A stretch of DNA of 64,000 bases, taken from Pseudomonadota bacterium. GTDB taxonomy: Bacteria > Pseudomonadota > Gammaproteobacteria > Burkholderiales > Gallionellaceae. Position 1 is the stretch's first letter, and every line of letters starts with the position of its first letter. The stretch is from positions 123,374-187,373 of the forward strand of contig JBDRPJ010000007.1 in assembly GCA_043827165.1 (NCBI GenBank). Reading direction: 5' to 3'. The notes beneath the pieces are model-generated. The model had not been told where the DNA came from. It worked only from the letters and a program-made list of their open reading frames with translations, and made no database searches. Made by a program: the position numbers and the translations under genes. Shown piece after piece: positions 46,227 to 58,318 of this stretch.

Positions 46227-47042
46227 TCATCTTTGACAATGCGGGCAATAGAAGGTCGAGCGCTGTCCTTGCTTGATGATGCGGACAGGCGTCCCGCATT
46301 TGAGGCAGGCCTCGTTACCGCGGCCGTAGACGAAGTAATGCTGCTGGAAATAGCCGCTGGAACCGTCGCTGTGGATGAAGTCGCGCAAGGTGCTGCCGCC
46401 TTTCTCGATGGCGGCGCGCAACACCTCCTGCACGGTCTGTACCAGTGCCGCGCAGCGCGCGCGTGACAACTTCCCGGCCGCCAGTTGCGGACGGATGCCA
46501 GCGCGGAACAGCGCCTCGTTGGCGTAGATGTTGCCCACGCCGACCACCAGATGATTGTCCATCAGCGCCAGTTTGATCGCGATGCTGCGTGTACGGGTGG
46601 CGCAATAAAGATAGTCCGCATCGAAAGCGACGCTCAGTGGCTCCGGTCCGAGCGTCGCCAGCAGCGGATGCGCGGTGATATCGCCCTCGTGCCACAACAC
46701 GGCGCCGAAGCGGCGCGGGTCGCGCAGACGCATCAGCTTGCCATTGTTCAGCAAGAGGTCGAAATGGTCGTGTTTTTCCGGCGGCGTGCCGTGCGGCAAA
46801 ATGCGCAGACTACCGCTCATGCCCAGATGCAGGATGAGCGTGCCGTGCTCGAAGGCGATCAGCAGGTATTTCGCGCGGCGCTGCAAGCCGAGGATCTCGC
46901 GCCCTCGCAACAGGGGGGCCAATGCGGCGGGTATCGGCCAGCGCAGTTGCGCGTGGCGCACGACGACATCATGGACTTGCGCACCCTGCAGATGCGGCGC
47001 GATGCCGCGCAGCGTGGTTTCGACTTCGGGGAGTTCAGGCAT
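46227..47042 (-). CDS. mutM: Formamidopyrimidine-DNA glycosylase
   Basis: [28 protein letters not shown]-terminal zinc finger. Confidence 0.97.
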   Translation of the reverse strand: MPELPEVETTLRGIAPHLQGAQVHDVVVRHAQLRWPIPAALAPLLRGREILGLQRRAKYLLIAFEHGTLILHLGMSGSLRILPHGTPPEKHDHFDLLLNNGKLMRLRDPRRFGAVLWHEGDITAHPLLATLGPEPLSVAFDADYLYCATRTRSIAIKLALMDNHLVVGVGNIYANEALFRAGIRPQLAAGKLSRARCAALVQTVQEVLRAAIEKGGSTLRDFIHSDGSSGYFQQHYFVYGRGNEACLKCGTPVRIIKQGQRSTFYCPHCQR

Positions 47043-48370
47043 CAGGCAGAGTGATGCCTGCGCCACCACAGCCAGCCGCCGATGGCGACCATCAGCAGCG
47101 GCAGCGCCAGCAGCAGGCTGTAGGTGAATGCGGTCAGTTGCTGTCTGCTGAAGGTGAGGGCGCCGTCCTTGGCAGTGTGCGGGGCAAGTGTGATGAATTG
47201 CTCGTCGCCTGCCAGCCAGTTCACCATGTTCATGCCCAGATCCAGATTGCCGCCGTTGCCTGAATAGGCATTCGACAGAAAGGCAGCACTGCCGACCACC
47301 ACGATGCGCTGCTCACGTTCCGGGCCGCTGCGTTGCAGGGCGAAGGCCAGACTGAACGGGCCGGGCACGTCCTGGGTTGCATCGAAGTGCATGTCGCGAC
47401 GCTGACTCACCCAGCCGTTGGCCGCGCCTTCCACCAACGTGTGGTGCGTCCAGTCTGTGCTGTCGTCCACGCTCAGCGCCGTGGCGTACGGGAAGGCGGT
47501 GATCAGATCGAAGTCGCGCGTGACGGGATGCGGCGGATAACCGCCGCCCAGTGTCCAGTCCTTGGGGGCGTTCAACTCCTGCGCGGCGGGGTCGACGACC
47601 ATGCCCGGCAGCGGGTCGATATGCAGTTGTTCGGCCAGGCTCTCCAGGCCGCGCAGCGGCTCGGCATCCAGTAGCCACAGCAGGTTGCCGCCGCGTTCCA
47701 CGAAGCGCAGCAATTTTGCGATCTCACCTTTGAATAGCTTCTTTTGCGGCTGGGTGATGACCAGCAGGCCGATGTTGTCCGGTACTTCCTGCGCGACGGT
47801 CAGGTTGAGGGAGGTGACGCGATAACCGTTCTGCGTCAGCCTGCGGCCGAATTCGCCCAGATCGTGGTTGGCCTCACCGTCCAATTTGCGTTCGCCGTGG
47901 CCGCTCACATACATCACCCATTGTTCACGGTTACGGGCGAGACGCATCAAGGCGCTGGTCAGCGTTTGCTCGTTCAGCGTGGTCAAGTGCTCGCTGCGGC
48001 CGGCGTAATTCACCACCATCTCGCCGTTGTCGCGTATGCCGGACTTGCGCACCGCTTCCGGCTCTTTCAAAGGGTCGACAAAAGTGAGGCTGATGTCAGG
48101 TTTGTAGCGCTGGTACAGTGCGACAAAATCACTCACCAGTTTGCGTACGTCGCCCTGCTTGGCATCCTGCTCGGTGGCGTAGACGGTGATGTCCAGCGGC
48201 TTGTCGAGCTGGGACAGTATGTGCACGCTGCCTGCTTCCAGACTATTCAACTCGTTCTGCGTGAAATCACGCTGCAACGGAAAACGTGCCGCCAGTTGGT
48301 ACAGCGCGACACAGACCACGATCAGGGCTATGTAGAACAGGCTGCGATAGATCAACGGGCGAGTCATCAA
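47042..48370 (-). CDS. GldG-like ABC transporter auxiliary protein
   Basis: N- and C-terminal TM helices, [20 protein letters not shown]. Confidence 0.8.
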   Translation of the reverse strand: MMTRPLIYRSLFYIALIVVCVALYQLAARFPLQRDFTQNELNSLEAGSVHILSQLDKPLDITVYATEQDAKQGDVRKLVSDFVALYQRYKPDISLTFVDPLKEPEAVRKSGIRDNGEMVVNYAGRSEHLTTLNEQTLTSALMRLARNREQWVMYVSGHGERKLDGEANHDLGEFGRRLTQNGYRVTSLNLTVAQEVPDNIGLLVITQPQKKLFKGEIAKLLRFVERGGNLLWLLDAEPLRGLESLAEQLHIDPLPGMVVDPAAQELNAPKDWTLGGGYPPHPVTRDFDLITAFPYATALSVDDSTDWTHHTLVEGAANGWVSQRRDMHFDATQDVPGPFSLAFALQRSGPEREQRIVVVGSAAFLSNAYSGNGGNLDLGMNMVNWLAGDEQFITLAPHTAKDGALTFSRQQLTAFTYSLLLALPLLMVAIGGWLWWRRHHSA

Positions 48371-49098
48371 TGACCTCCCCGTTCGTGCCGCAGATGATGG
48401 ATGGTCAGCATCAGGAAGAAGGTGCAGAACAGCACGAAATAGGCGATGTCAGCACTGCTGAGCAAGCCCGAGTTCAGATTCTGGAAATGCGTGTTGGGTG
48501 ACAAAGCGCGCAACAGACCGCCCGCCATATCGAGCAGCCACAGTGTGACCGAGACGGCCAGTGCAGTGAAGGCGGCGACCACCGGCTGGCGGCTGACAGC
48601 GGAGAAATACAGGCCGAGCGCGGCATAGGCGGCGGCCAGCAGCCACAGGCCGAGAAGATTGCACAGGATCAGTCCGACATCGGCTCGCGTACCCAGCGCC
48701 AGCAGCGCCATCATCGCCACGGCGGCCAGTATGACGAGAGAGAGCAGCGCCAGCAGGCCGGCAAACTTGCCGAGCACGATCTGTGCGGAAGAGAGCGGGG
48801 AAGTCGCCAGCAGCAGCCAGGTCTGGTTGCGTCGCTCTTCCGCGATCAAGCGCATGCTGAACAGGGGCGTCAGCATCAGCAGCAACAGGGCGAGCAGGTT
48901 GGCCAACGGGGCGGCGATGGAGATGGTCGCACCCGGTGCGTCGTCCATCTGCGCCAACTGGGTTTGCACTTGCAGGTAATCGTCCAATCGTGCGAGGAAG
49001 AACCAGCCGAGGATGAACTGCAACAGTGCCAGCATCATCCATGTCGAGGGCGCGCTGAACAGGGTGTGCAGGTCTTTGCGGGCGAGGGTGCGGATCAT
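48367..49098 (-). CDS. ABC-2 type permease (GldF-like)
   Basis: Multi-TM, MRLIAEERRNQT, IVLGKF. Confidence 0.85.
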   Translation of the reverse strand: MIRTLARKDLHTLFSAPSTWMMLALLQFILGWFFLARLDDYLQVQTQLAQMDDAPGATISIAAPLANLLALLLLMLTPLFSMRLIAEERRNQTWLLLATSPLSSAQIVLGKFAGLLALLSLVILAAVAMMALLALGTRADVGLILCNLLGLWLLAAAYAALGLYFSAVSRQPVVAAFTALAVSVTLWLLDMAGGLLRALSPNTHFQNLNSGLLSSADIAYFVLFCTFFLMLTIHHLRHERGGH

Positions 49099-49832
49099 GC
49101 GTGCTCGCTTTCCGCATCGGCGTTCAGGCGCAGGAAACTGGATTCGATGTCGCTCTGCGCGCGCAATTCGTCCAGCGTGCCATTGAAGATCGAGCGTCCC
49201 TCGCGCAGGATCACGGCGCGATCACACACTTGCTCGACCTCGTGCAACAAGTGTGTGGACAGGATCACGCTGCTGCTGTCGCCCAGTTCACTGATCAGTG
49301 CGCGGATGTCGCGGATCTGTGCCGGGTCCAGGCCGACCGTGGGCTCATCCAGTATGACCACAGCGGGCTGGTGGATGATGGCCTGTGCGATGCCCACGCG
49401 CTGCTGGTAACCTTTGGAAAGTTCGCCCACCAGCCGTTGTCCCCAGTCCAGCAGGCCGCAACGTCGTTTCGCCAGTTCCAGATATTCGGGTAGTTGCACC
49501 TTGCTCACCTTGCGCAGGCGGGCGGCGAACAACAGTTGGTCATCCACGCGCATATCACGATACAAAGGGGGATGTTCCGGCAGGAAGCCCAGACAGGCTT
49601 TGCCCAGATCAGCTCGCCGCGCCAGATCGAAATCACAGACCGCTACGCTGCCGCTGTTCGGTTGCAGCGCGCCGGACAGCATCATCAGCGTGGTGCTTTT
49701 GCCTGCACCGTTGTGGCCCAGCAATCCCAGTACCTCGCCGCGGCGCAGTTCCAGTGACACATCGTCCACGACCCGGCGTTTGCCGTGAAAGCGCACCAGA
49801 TTGCGGGCGGAAAGCGTGGTTGGAGCAGGCAT
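49095..49832 (-). CDS. ABC transporter ATP-binding protein (GldA-like)
   Basis: GHNGAGKST, LSKGYQQR, ILDEPT, STH. Confidence 0.92.
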   Translation of the reverse strand: MPAPTTLSARNLVRFHGKRRVVDDVSLELRRGEVLGLLGHNGAGKSTTLMMLSGALQPNSGSVAVCDFDLARRADLGKACLGFLPEHPPLYRDMRVDDQLLFAARLRKVSKVQLPEYLELAKRRCGLLDWGQRLVGELSKGYQQRVGIAQAIIHQPAVVILDEPTVGLDPAQIRDIRALISELGDSSSVILSTHLLHEVEQVCDRAVILREGRSIFNGTLDELRAQSDIESSFLRLNADAESEHA

Positions 49833-49913
49833 AAGGGGCGGGTGTCGCGCGGTTTTGAGTTGCGACGAATATAACCTAATATGTCGGCTCGCATCAAAAC
49901 ACTCGGGCCCTAG

Positions 49914-51659
49914 ATGATCTTTCCGACACGAATCCTTGCCCTGCCGCTGATACTCATGCTGGCAGCCTGCGCGAACACGCCGCAGAGATCGGCTACTGAC
50001 GAGCCAGCCAGCGATAGCTCGCAGCATGGTCGTTTGGAGCAGATCGCTCCCGAACCCAGACTGGATCTGCCCGATGTCGAACTGACGGATCGCCTGATGT
50101 ATGGATTCCTGCTGGGCGACATCGCGGCACAACGCGGCCGTCCCGAACTGGCCGCCCAAGCCTATCTCGATCTGGCACGTACCACTCGCGATCCGCGTGT
50201 GGCGCGCCGCGCCGCGCAACTTACCTTCGAGGCGCATCAGTATGACCAGTCGCTGGAGGCGTTCAAGCTGTGGCAGGAGCTGGAACCAACTTCGCCGCTG
50301 GCGAAGCAGATGCTGGTCTCATTGCTGCTTTCCGGCGGAAAGCTGGACGAGGCGCGTCCCCTGGTCATCGAGATGCTGGCGGCAGAGCCGCAGAAGGGGC
50401 GTGCCTTCATGAGTCTGTATGGCTTGCTGGCGCGCGTGCAGGACAAGGCTGCCGCATTGGACTGGCTGACCGAAGTGGCGCAGCCTTATCCCGAGGTCGC
50501 CGAGGCGCATTGGGCGCTGGCGCAGACCGCTATCACCGCCGGCAAGCAGGAACTGGCACTGGCAGAAGCGAACAAGTCGCTGGAGCTGAAACCGGACTGG
50601 GATCTGGCGGTGATGCTCGCTGCGCAGCAGACTCAGCACAACGACCCGCAGCGTGCTGTCGCGATGCTGTCGCGCTTTCTGAAAGCACATCCGGAACGTA
50701 ACGAGGTGCGGCTGTTCTACGCGCGCATGTTGCTGGAACAGAAACAGTATCAGCCGGCACGCGACCAGTTCGCCAAGCTGCTGGAACAGCGGCCGGGCAG
50801 TGCCGAGCTGGCATTCGCCATCGCCATGATCTCGCTGCAGCTGGGCGAGCTGGACAGGGCAGAACAGGAACTGCGTCAGGCTTTGTCCGGCAAGGGGGGC
50901 GACAACGACACGCTGCGTTTCTATCTCGGCCAACTGTACGAGGCGAAGCAGGACTGGCCGGCTGCGCTGCAGCAATACCGCGAGATACAGGGGGGCGACA
51001 GGCTGTATGCCGCGCGCTTGCGCATCGCCTATCTGCAGAATAAACAGGGCGAGTTGCAGGCTGCACGCAAGACGCTGGCGCAGACCGAGGCGAAGGAGGA
51101 TGCACAGCGCGTGCAACTGCTGATGGTGGATGCGCAGTTCCTGCGCGAAGCCGGCCAGTATGCTGAAAGTTTCCAGACGCTGATGCGCGGACTGAAGAAT
51201 TTCCCCGAGCAGCCGGAATTGCTTTACCAGGCCGCTCTGCTGGCCGACCGGCTGGACAAGCATGAAGACTTCGAACGGTTGATTCGCAAGTTGATCAAGA
51301 TCGAGCCGGACAATGCGCATGCCTATAACGCACTGGGCTACGGCTGGCTGGCGCGCAACATCCGCATCCCGGAAGCCCTGGCGCTGGTTGAGAAAGCCTA
51401 CCGGCTGGCACCGGATGATGCGGCCATCATCGACAGCATGGGGTGGGGATACTACCGTTCCGGGCAACTGGACAAGAGTCTGGAATTCCTGCGCCGCGCC
51501 TATGCGGCCAATCCCGATCCCGAGATCGCCGCCCATCTGGGTGAGGTGCTGTGGGTGAAGGGGGAGCGCGAAGCCGCGCAGAAAGTCTGGCGCGCCAGCG
51601 AACAAGCGCATCCCGGCAACACACTGTTGCGCGATGTGATCCACAAGTTCCTGCCTTGA
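49914..51659 (+). CDS. TPR-repeat lipoprotein upstream of lolB
   Basis: Lipobox LAAC, TPR helices, NALGY, IIDSMGW, AAHLGEVLW. Confidence 0.88.
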   Translation: MIFPTRILALPLILMLAACANTPQRSATDEPASDSSQHGRLEQIAPEPRLDLPDVELTDRLMYGFLLGDIAAQRGRPELAAQAYLDLARTTRDPRVARRAAQLTFEAHQYDQSLEAFKLWQELEPTSPLAKQMLVSLLLSGGKLDEARPLVIEMLAAEPQKGRAFMSLYGLLARVQDKAAALDWLTEVAQPYPEVAEAHWALAQTAITAGKQELALAEANKSLELKPDWDLAVMLAAQQTQHNDPQRAVAMLSRFLKAHPERNEVRLFYARMLLEQKQYQPARDQFAKLLEQRPGSAELAFAIAMISLQLGELDRAEQELRQALSGKGGDNDTLRFYLGQLYEAKQDWPAALQQYREIQGGDRLYAARLRIAYLQNKQGELQAARKTLAQTEAKEDAQRVQLLMVDAQFLREAGQYAESFQTLMRGLKNFPEQPELLYQAALLADRLDKHEDFERLIRKLIKIEPDNAHAYNALGYGWLARNIRIPEALALVEKAYRLAPDDAAIIDSMGWGYYRSGQLDKSLEFLRRAYAANPDPEIAAHLGEVLWVKGEREAAQKVWRASEQAHPGNTLLRDVIHKFLP

Positions 51660-51663
51660 CCCG

Positions 51664-52212
51664 ATGCGCCTGTTAGTCCTGTTGTCCTTGTTGCTGTCCG
51701 CCTGCGCCACGACGCCGACCGTCGTGCAGCGACCTGTTGCAGTCGATGCGCCATTCGTCATCAATGGACGAATCGCGGTAATCCAGCCTGAACGGCGCGA
51801 CAGTGCTGGTCTGCGCTGGACGCATGATGCAGCTTCGGACGAAGTGCTGTTGCTGGCCCCGCTGGGGCAAGTCGTGGCACGCATCACTTCCGGCAAACAG
51901 GGCGTGACGCTGGAAGCGGAAGGCAAGACCCATGTCGCGCAGGATGCCGAGACGCTCACGCAGGACTTGCTGGGCTGGCAGTTGCCGCTTTCCGGCTTGC
52001 GTTACTGGATTGCGGCCTTGCCCGCACCGGATGGGGAATTCCTTCGGGAACAAGATGCGGCAGGCCGCATCTCCATCCTGTATCAACAGGGCTGGACCAT
52101 CCGTTACACGCGCTATGCCGGCGAAGGACGTGACGCGTTGCCCTTGCGACTGAGCTTGCAGCGCGCAGGCATGGAAGTGCGCGTGCTGATCGACGAATGG
52201 GAGGCGCGATGA
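51664..52212 (+). CDS. lolB: Outer-membrane lipoprotein LolB
   Basis: Lipobox LSAC, APLGQ, GWQLP..LRYW, QQGW; sits before ispE. Confidence 0.9.
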   Translation: MRLLVLLSLLLSACATTPTVVQRPVAVDAPFVINGRIAVIQPERRDSAGLRWTHDAASDEVLLLAPLGQVVARITSGKQGVTLEAEGKTHVAQDAETLTQDLLGWQLPLSGLRYWIAALPAPDGEFLREQDAAGRISILYQQGWTIRYTRYAGEGRDALPLRLSLQRAGMEVRVLIDEWEAR

Positions 52213-53072
52213 AAACGCTGGTATGTCCCGCACCTGCCAAGCTGAACCTGTTCCTGCATGTGGTCGGCCGCCGCGAAGACGGCTATCACTTGCTGCAGAC
52301 TTTGTTCCGGTTCATCGACCTGAACGACACACTGCATTTCACGCTGCGCGACGACGGCCAGGTGTGTCGACTCAATGCCTTGGAAGGCGTGCCGCCTGAG
52401 CAGGATCTGTGCGTGCGTGCCGCGCGTCTGTTGCAACAGGAGACCGGCTGCAAGCTGGGGGTGGATATCGAGGTCGAGAAACGCATCCCCATGGGCGGCG
52501 GTCTGGGTGGCGGCAGCTCGGATGCGGCCACCACTTTGCTGGCCCTGAACAAGTTATGGGGGCTGGGTTTGAGCCGCGAACGACTGATGGCGCTGGGCCT
52601 GGCGCTGGGAGCGGATGTGCCGGTGTTCGTGTTTGGCGACAATGCCTTTGCAGAAGGCGTCGGCGAGCGTCTGCAGGCGTACGGCCTGCCGGAAGCCTGG
52701 TATGTCGTGCTGTGTCCGCCGGTGCATGTGCCGACGGCAAAGATTTTTACGCATTCCGAATTGACACGAAATACGATTTCGATGACAATGCGCGCCCTTC
52801 CGAAGGGGGAAGTATTTCGGGCCGGTCGACAAGCCGGTTTGAACAACGATCTGCAGGCCGTGGCCTGCAAGTTGTACCCCGAAGTTGCGGAACATCTTGT
52901 CTGGTTGGCGCAGTTTGCCCCAGCGATGATGACAGGCTCGGGCGCTTGCGTTTTTGCCGAGTTCGCAACGGAATCGGAAGCAAAAGCGGTATTGCAGCAG
53001 TTGCCGCCGGATATGCGCGGATTTGTCGCGCACGGCTTGCAACAGCACCCTCTCAGGGGATTCGCTGCATAA
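52209..53072 (+). CDS. ispE: 4-diphosphocytidyl-2C-methyl-D-erythritol kinase
   Basis: [33 protein letters not shown]. Confidence 0.96.
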   Translation: MKTLVCPAPAKLNLFLHVVGRREDGYHLLQTLFRFIDLNDTLHFTLRDDGQVCRLNALEGVPPEQDLCVRAARLLQQETGCKLGVDIEVEKRIPMGGGLGGGSSDAATTLLALNKLWGLGLSRERLMALGLALGADVPVFVFGDNAFAEGVGERLQAYGLPEAWYVVLCPPVHVPTAKIFTHSELTRNTISMTMRALPKGEVFRAGRQAGLNNDLQAVACKLYPEVAEHLVWLAQFAPAMMTGSGACVFAEFATESEAKAVLQQLPPDMRGFVAHGLQQHPLRGFAA

Positions 53073-53078
53073 GGTTTT

Positions 53079-53153
53079 TGGGGAGTCGCCAAGTGGTAAG
53101 GCATCGGATTTTGATTCCGACATTCGTAGGTTCGATCCCTACCTCCCCAGCCA
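53079..53153 (+). tRNA. tRNA-Gln(TTG)
   Basis: TGGGGAG...CTCCCCA acceptor stem, anticodon arm TCGGA-TTTTGAT-TCCGA, GTTCGA T-loop, encoded CCA. Confidence 0.97.
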
Positions 53154-53171
53154 GTTCATTCAAGTATCGAC

Positions 53172-53196
53172 GGGCGTTCGCGCCCTTTTCATTTTT
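53172..53196 (+). terminator. Hairpin/terminator after tRNA-Gln
   Basis: GGGCG-TTCG-CGCCC followed by a T-rich run. Confidence 0.6.
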
Positions 53197-53214
53197 CTAC
53201 TAGAGGTGCTCCCG

Positions 53215-54162
53215 ATGTCCGGCGACATGATGGTTTTCACCGGCAATGCCAATCCCAAGCTGGCTGAAAGCGTAGCTAGGCATCTGGGTATCCATCTTGG
53301 TCGCGCAACCGTCAGCCGTTTCTCCGACGGAGAAGTGATGGTGGAGATCCTTGAACATGTACGCGGCAAGGATGTGTTCATCCTGCAATCGACCTGTGCC
53401 CCGACCAACGACAATCTGATGGAAGTCATGGTGATGGTCGATGCCTTGCGCCGCGCCTCGGCCGCCCGCATCACCGCCGCCATCCCTTATTTCGGCTATG
53501 CCCGCCAGGACCGCCGTCCGCGTTCTGCACGTGTGGCGATCACCGCCAAAGTGGTAGCGAACATGTTGAGCAGCGCGGGTGTAGACCGCGTGCTGACCAT
53601 GGACCTGCACTCCGACCAGATCCAGGGTTTCTTCGATATCCCGGTGGACAACATCTACGCCAGCCCCATCCTGCTGTCCGATGTGTGGCGCAATGATTAT
53701 CCCAACCTGATCGTGGTGTCGCCCGACGTCGGCGGTGTGGTTCGTGCGCGTGCGCTGGCCAAACAGCTGGATGCCGACCTCGCCATCATCGACAAGCGTC
53801 GCCCCAAGCCGAATGTGGCCAAGGTGATGAACATCATCGGTGATGTGACTGGCCGTACCTGTCTGATCATGGACGACATGGTCGACACCGCCAACACACT
53901 GTGCGAAGCGGCCAATGCGCTGAAGGACAAGGGTGCCACCCGTGTGCTGGCTTACTGTACCCACGGCGTGTTGTCCGGTCCGGCCATCGAGCGTATCGAG
54001 AAGTCAGCTATCGACGAACTGGTCGTGACCGACACCATCCCGTTGCAGGAGAACGCGCGCAACTGCAAGCGTATACGGCAGCTCAGCGTCGCCGAACTGA
54101 TGGCCGAGACACTGCGCCGCATCAATGCGGAAGAGTCTGTCAGCTCCCTGTTCGTAGATTAA
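53215..54162 (+). CDS. prs: Ribose-phosphate pyrophosphokinase
   Basis: [29 protein letters not shown]. Confidence 0.97.
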   Translation: MSGDMMVFTGNANPKLAESVARHLGIHLGRATVSRFSDGEVMVEILEHVRGKDVFILQSTCAPTNDNLMEVMVMVDALRRASAARITAAIPYFGYARQDRRPRSARVAITAKVVANMLSSAGVDRVLTMDLHSDQIQGFFDIPVDNIYASPILLSDVWRNDYPNLIVVSPDVGGVVRARALAKQLDADLAIIDKRRPKPNVAKVMNIIGDVTGRTCLIMDDMVDTANTLCEAANALKDKGATRVLAYCTHGVLSGPAIERIEKSAIDELVVTDTIPLQENARNCKRIRQLSVAELMAETLRRINAEESVSSLFVD

Positions 54163-54200
54163 GTATTTAAGTGGTGATCATGTCGGTCATCACACAACCC

Positions 54201-54226
54201 GGAATGCTCTGGTCGCGGAGTGTTCC
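54201..54226 (+). promoter_or_regulatory. Putative L25 (rplY) leader hairpin
   Basis: GGAATGCTC-TGGTCGCG-GAGTGTTCC stem with a GGUCGC loop just upstream of rplY, resembling proteobacterial rplY leaders. Confidence 0.55.
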
Positions 54227-54247
54227 AATTGAAGTGGAGAAGTAAAA

Positions 54248-54880
54248 ATGGCTATCGAAATCAGCGCAACAAAACGCCAAGTGCAAGGAACGGGTGCGAG
54301 CCGCCGTCTGCGCAAAGCGAACCGCGTCCCCGCCGTTGTGTACGGTTCCGGCGATGCAGTCATGATCGAACTCGATCACAACACCATCTATTTCGCACTG
54401 AAGAACGAAGCGTTCCACGCTTCTGTGCTGTCGCTGGATGTGGAAGGCAAGAAGGAATCCGTGCTGCTGCGCGACTTCCAGATGCATCCTTTCCGTCAGC
54501 AAGTGCAACACGTTGACTTCCAGCGTGTTGATGCTAAGAAGAAAGTGCACATGAAGGTGCCTCTGCATTTCGTGAATGCCGAGATCGCACCGGGCGTCAA
54601 GCTGGGTGGCGGCATCATCTCTCATGTGCTGAACGAACTGGATATCGTCTGTCTGGCGAAAGATCTGCCGACCTCTATCGAGATCGATCTGGCCGGTCTG
54701 GAGCTGGGACATTCCATCCACATCTCCGACGTCAAGCTGCCCAAGGGCGTGGAAGTGGCGACCCATCACCACGCTGCCGATGCCGTGGCGACCATTGCGG
54801 TGCCGCGCGGTGCAGTCGAAGCTGCAGCGACCGCTGCAGCTGAAGGCGAAGCCGCTCCTGCTACTGAAGCAAAGAAGTAA
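54248..54880 (+). CDS. rplY: 50S ribosomal protein L25/Ctc
   Basis: GASRRLR, PAVVYG, QMHP, HVDFQR. Confidence 0.96.
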   Translation: MAIEISATKRQVQGTGASRRLRKANRVPAVVYGSGDAVMIELDHNTIYFALKNEAFHASVLSLDVEGKKESVLLRDFQMHPFRQQVQHVDFQRVDAKKKVHMKVPLHFVNAEIAPGVKLGGGIISHVLNELDIVCLAKDLPTSIEIDLAGLELGHSIHISDVKLPKGVEVATHHHAADAVATIAVPRGAVEAAATAAAEGEAAPATEAKK

Positions 54881-54893
54881 GCAATTCTTGAAT

Positions 54894-54930
54894 AACCCGC
54901 CATGTCCTAACGGTGCATGGCGGGTTTTTT
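54894..54930 (+). terminator. Intrinsic terminator after rplY
   Basis: AACCCGCCATG...CATGGCGGGTT plus T-tract. Confidence 0.8.
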
Positions 54931-54934
54931 CATT

Positions 54935-55513
54935 ATGAGCGAACCAATCAAACTCATCGTCGGGCTGGGCAATCCCGGCAAGGAATATGAAGCCACGCGC
55001 CACAACGCAGGTTTCTGGTGGGTGGATGAACTCGCGCGTATGCACAACGCCAACTTCAAGGCCGACAGCAAGTTCCACGGCCTTGTCGCAAAGACCAATC
55101 TTCACGGGCATGAGGTGCATCTGCTCAAGCCGCAGACCTTCATGAATGTGAGCGGCCGCGCCGTGGGGGCGCTGGCACAGTTCTACAAGTTCGTACCGGC
55201 ACAGATACTGGTGGTGCACGACGAACTCGACCTGCCGCCGGGCAGCGCCAAGCTCAAACTGGGTGGCGGCCATGGTGGACACAACGGCCTGAAGGACATC
55301 ATCGCGCATCTGGGCAGTAAGGATTTCTGGCGTTTGCGTATCGGTGTGGGCCATCCGGGTGATCGCGCGGAAGTGGTGAATTTCGTGCTGAACGCACCGC
55401 GCAAGGAAGAGCAGGGTTTGATCGATGAGGCATCGCAACGCGCACAGGATGTCGCCGCGCTGATCATCGAAGGCAAACTGGAAGCGGCGATGTTGAAGCT
55501 GCACAGCAATTAA
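54935..55513 (+). CDS. pth: Peptidyl-tRNA hydrolase
   Basis: GLGNPG, TRHNAG, KPQTFMN, HDELD, GGHNG, RLRIGVG. Confidence 0.97.
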   Translation: MSEPIKLIVGLGNPGKEYEATRHNAGFWWVDELARMHNANFKADSKFHGLVAKTNLHGHEVHLLKPQTFMNVSGRAVGALAQFYKFVPAQILVVHDELDLPPGSAKLKLGGGHGGHNGLKDIIAHLGSKDFWRLRIGVGHPGDRAEVVNFVLNAPRKEEQGLIDEASQRAQDVAALIIEGKLEAAMLKLHSN

Positions 55514-55527
55514 CCAAGGAAACAACC

Positions 55528-56619
55528 ATGAGTCTCAAATGCGGTATCGTCGGTTTGCCCAATGTGGGCAAGTCCACCATGTTCAATGCCCTGACCAAGG
55601 CGGGTATCGCGGCAGAGAACTATCCCTTCTGCACCATCGAACCCAACGTCGGCATCGTCGAAGTGCCTGATCTGCGCATGGGAGAACTGGCCAAGATAGT
55701 CAAGCCGCAACGCATGCAATACGCCATCGTCGAGTTCGTCGACATCGCGGGGCTGGTGGCGGGAGCTTCCAAGGGCGAAGGGTTGGGCAACCAGTTCCTC
55801 GCCAACATCCGCGAGACGGATGCCATCGTCAACGTCGTGCGCTGTTTCGACGACGAGAACGTGGTGCACGTGGCGGGAAAGGTCGATCCCATCTCCGACA
55901 TCGAAGTCATTCTGACCGAGCTGGCGCTGGCCGATATGGCCGTGGTGGAGCGCACCATCCACCGCGACGGCAAGAAAGCCAAATCCGGCGACAAGGACGC
56001 AATCAAGTTGGTTGCGTTGCTGGAAAAGCTGCTGCCGCATCTGAACGAAGGCAAACCGGCGCGTACCTTCGGCCTGAGCGATGAAGAGATCGAGCTCATC
56101 AAACCATTGTGTCTGCTCACCATCAAACCGGCGATGTATGTCGGCAACGTGCTGGAAGACGGTTTCGAGAACAATCCGTATCTGGATCGTTTGCGCGAAC
56201 ATGCCGCGAAAGAGGGCGCACCGGTGGTGGCGCTGTGCGCCAAGATCGAACAGGAACTGGCGGATCTCGACGATGCAGACAAAAAGGAATTCTTGGCAGA
56301 CCTCGGTCTGGAAGAGCCTGGCCTGAACCGTCTGATCCGTGTCGGCTACGACTTGCTCGGCCTGCAGACCTACTTCACCGCCGGTGTGAAGGAAGTGCGC
56401 GCATGGACCATCCACAAGGGCGACACCGCACCGCAAGCGGCCGGGGTCATCCATACCGACTTCGAGAAGGGTTTCATCCGCGCGCAGACCATCTCCTACG
56501 AAGACTTCATCGCCTGCGGCGGCGAAGCCGGAGCCAAAGAGAAGGGCAAGATGCGCGTGGAAGGAAAAGAGTATGTCGTGCAGGATGGCGACGTGATGAA
56601 CTTCCTGTTCAACGTCTGA
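55528..56619 (+). CDS. ychF: Redox-regulated ATPase YchF
   Basis: [43 protein letters not shown]. Confidence 0.97.
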   Translation: MSLKCGIVGLPNVGKSTMFNALTKAGIAAENYPFCTIEPNVGIVEVPDLRMGELAKIVKPQRMQYAIVEFVDIAGLVAGASKGEGLGNQFLANIRETDAIVNVVRCFDDENVVHVAGKVDPISDIEVILTELALADMAVVERTIHRDGKKAKSGDKDAIKLVALLEKLLPHLNEGKPARTFGLSDEEIELIKPLCLLTIKPAMYVGNVLEDGFENNPYLDRLREHAAKEGAPVVALCAKIEQELADLDDADKKEFLADLGLEEPGLNRLIRVGYDLLGLQTYFTAGVKEVRAWTIHKGDTAPQAAGVIHTDFEKGFIRAQTISYEDFIACGGEAGAKEKGKMRVEGKEYVVQDGDVMNFLFNV

Positions 56620-56736
56620 TTATTTTCACCTATCCAGAGCTATCCACAACCGTCCAAAAGTTGTAAAAAAGACTTAATAAACAAGACACTTTGTATCCTC
56701 TGGTAGCCACTATTCCCCATTGCAATCCAAAAACCA

Positions 56737-56802
56737 ACCGGGTACGATACCGGGTATGAATTAAAACCCGGCGAAAAATAACCGGGTATGACTCAAACCC
56801 GG
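56737..56802 (+). repeat. Direct repeats upstream of the integrase (putative arm-type sites)
   Basis: ACCGGGTA at 56737, 56749 and 56781; the last two extend as ACCGGGTATGA...AAACCCGG. Confidence 0.7.
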
Positions 56803-56809
56803 AGTACCT

Positions 56810-58078
56810 ATGCTTACCGACACACAATGCCGCAATGCCAAACCGAAGGACAAGCCCTATAAGCTCTCTGATGAGAAGGGGCTGTATTTGGAGGTAAAAC
56901 CCAGCGGGGTCAAATCTTGGCGGTATAGATTTGAATTTGATAGTGAGGGCCAGCGCAAGGAGAGCACGTTCACTATTGGTGAGTACGGCGCTTCCGCTTC
57001 GGGTGAAACGCCAGAGCAGGCAAAAGTGCGTCGAGATAGAGGCATATTCTCTTTGTCCGAGGCAAGAGATGCACGTGCCGAAGCCCGCTCTCTCGTTAAA
57101 CAGGGTTTAAATCCTGTACGCAACCGCGAATTGACACGTCTCAAAGTCCAGCACGAAGCGTCCGATTTGGTCGAGGGGTTAGCAAATGAATGGCTGGCAC
57201 TGAGGGACTGGGAGGAGGTAACAAAGAAACATCGCTTGGCCATGCTTAGCCGTGTTGTCTTTCCTCGCATAGGTAACTTCCCCATTCGCCAAGTAACACC
57301 TGCGCACGTTCTCGATATTCTGACCAAGGCGGGCAAGGAAAACGGGCTGACCGTTAGAGATGAGGCGAAGCGAACACTCTATGGAATTTTTGAACTTGCT
57401 GTCGAAACTGAGCGCGCTGATGCAAATCCAGTTCGTCAATGGAGAGGTGTGCTACCAGCCAACAAGACGCAGCATAAAACTCCCTTGAGCAAAGAAGAAA
57501 TAGGTCAGTTCCTGCGAGATTTGGCTGGCTATGAAAGAAATTTTCAGACTGTAGCTGCGTTCAAACTAATGTGGATGACGTTGTGCCGCCCTAGTGAGGT
57601 AACCGGTGCACGTTGGAACGAAATCAGTTTGGAAAATGCGACATGGACTATTCCTGCGGAAAGAATGAAGAAGCGTAAAGAGCACAAGGTGTCTTTGCCA
57701 AGACAAGCGGTTCAGTTGTTACAGGACATCAAAGGGGTTACAGGTCATCGCGACCTTGTGTTCCCCAATCGGGATGACCGCTCAAAGCCGATGACGGATG
57801 CCACATTGAGAATGGCGCTGAAATATCTGAATTGGTCTACTAAGTACAGCCCGCATGCAACTCGTACCACAGGCAGCACCAGACTACATGAGATGGGATT
57901 CCATTCTGACTGGATTGAACGCCAGTTGGCACACGCAGACCAAAATAAAGTGCGCAGCACATATAACCATGCAGATTACTTTTCGGACAGAGTAAAGATG
58001 ATGCAGCACTGGGCTGATTGTTTGGATGAGATGCGTGATGGCGCGGAGGTTATCCCCCTTCATATCAAGGCCGCATAA
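56810..58078 (+). CDS. P4-type tyrosine integrase with N-terminal arm-binding domain
   Basis: MLTDTQCRNAKPKDKPYKLSDEKGLYL; catalytic R (CRPSE), K (RMKK), HATR, QLAH, Y (STYNHA). Confidence 0.95.
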   Translation: MLTDTQCRNAKPKDKPYKLSDEKGLYLEVKPSGVKSWRYRFEFDSEGQRKESTFTIGEYGASASGETPEQAKVRRDRGIFSLSEARDARAEARSLVKQGLNPVRNRELTRLKVQHEASDLVEGLANEWLALRDWEEVTKKHRLAMLSRVVFPRIGNFPIRQVTPAHVLDILTKAGKENGLTVRDEAKRTLYGIFELAVETERADANPVRQWRGVLPANKTQHKTPLSKEEIGQFLRDLAGYERNFQTVAAFKLMWMTLCRPSEVTGARWNEISLENATWTIPAERMKKRKEHKVSLPRQAVQLLQDIKGVTGHRDLVFPNRDDRSKPMTDATLRMALKYLNWSTKYSPHATRTTGSTRLHEMGFHSDWIERQLAHADQNKVRSTYNHADYFSDRVKMMQHWADCLDEMRDGAEVIPLHIKAA

Positions 58079-58274
58079 ATATATGGTTGATACGCACTTG
58101 AAATAATATGCTGATGGTTTAAGATGCGTGAACATGGACGCTGCAAGTATTGGGCGTGGAACGTAGTAGGAAGTCGCCGCATTTTCTTTGGGCGCGAAGT
58201 CGCTTCGGAACCTGCAAACCTAGAACACAATAGGGACGAACCTCAAAAGGTCGTTGGTAGTAGCGCAATGTTGG

Positions 58275-58318
58275 GCTGTTAGTTAGCTCGCTTTGCGTCA
58301 CTGCTAACGGCTTTTTTT
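58275..58318 (+). terminator. Terminator-like hairpin in the alpA leader
   Basis: GCTGTTAG...CTAACGGC stem followed by T7. Confidence 0.55.

Noticed and set aside
52954-53214. N-terminal extension of prs in the ORF track
   Set aside because: It runs through ispE and tRNA-Gln; the real start is ATG 53215.
56631-56660. DnaA-box-like CTATCCACA within TATCCA/CGTCCA 10-bp periodic repeats
   Set aside because: A single mismatched box with no origin context; too weak.
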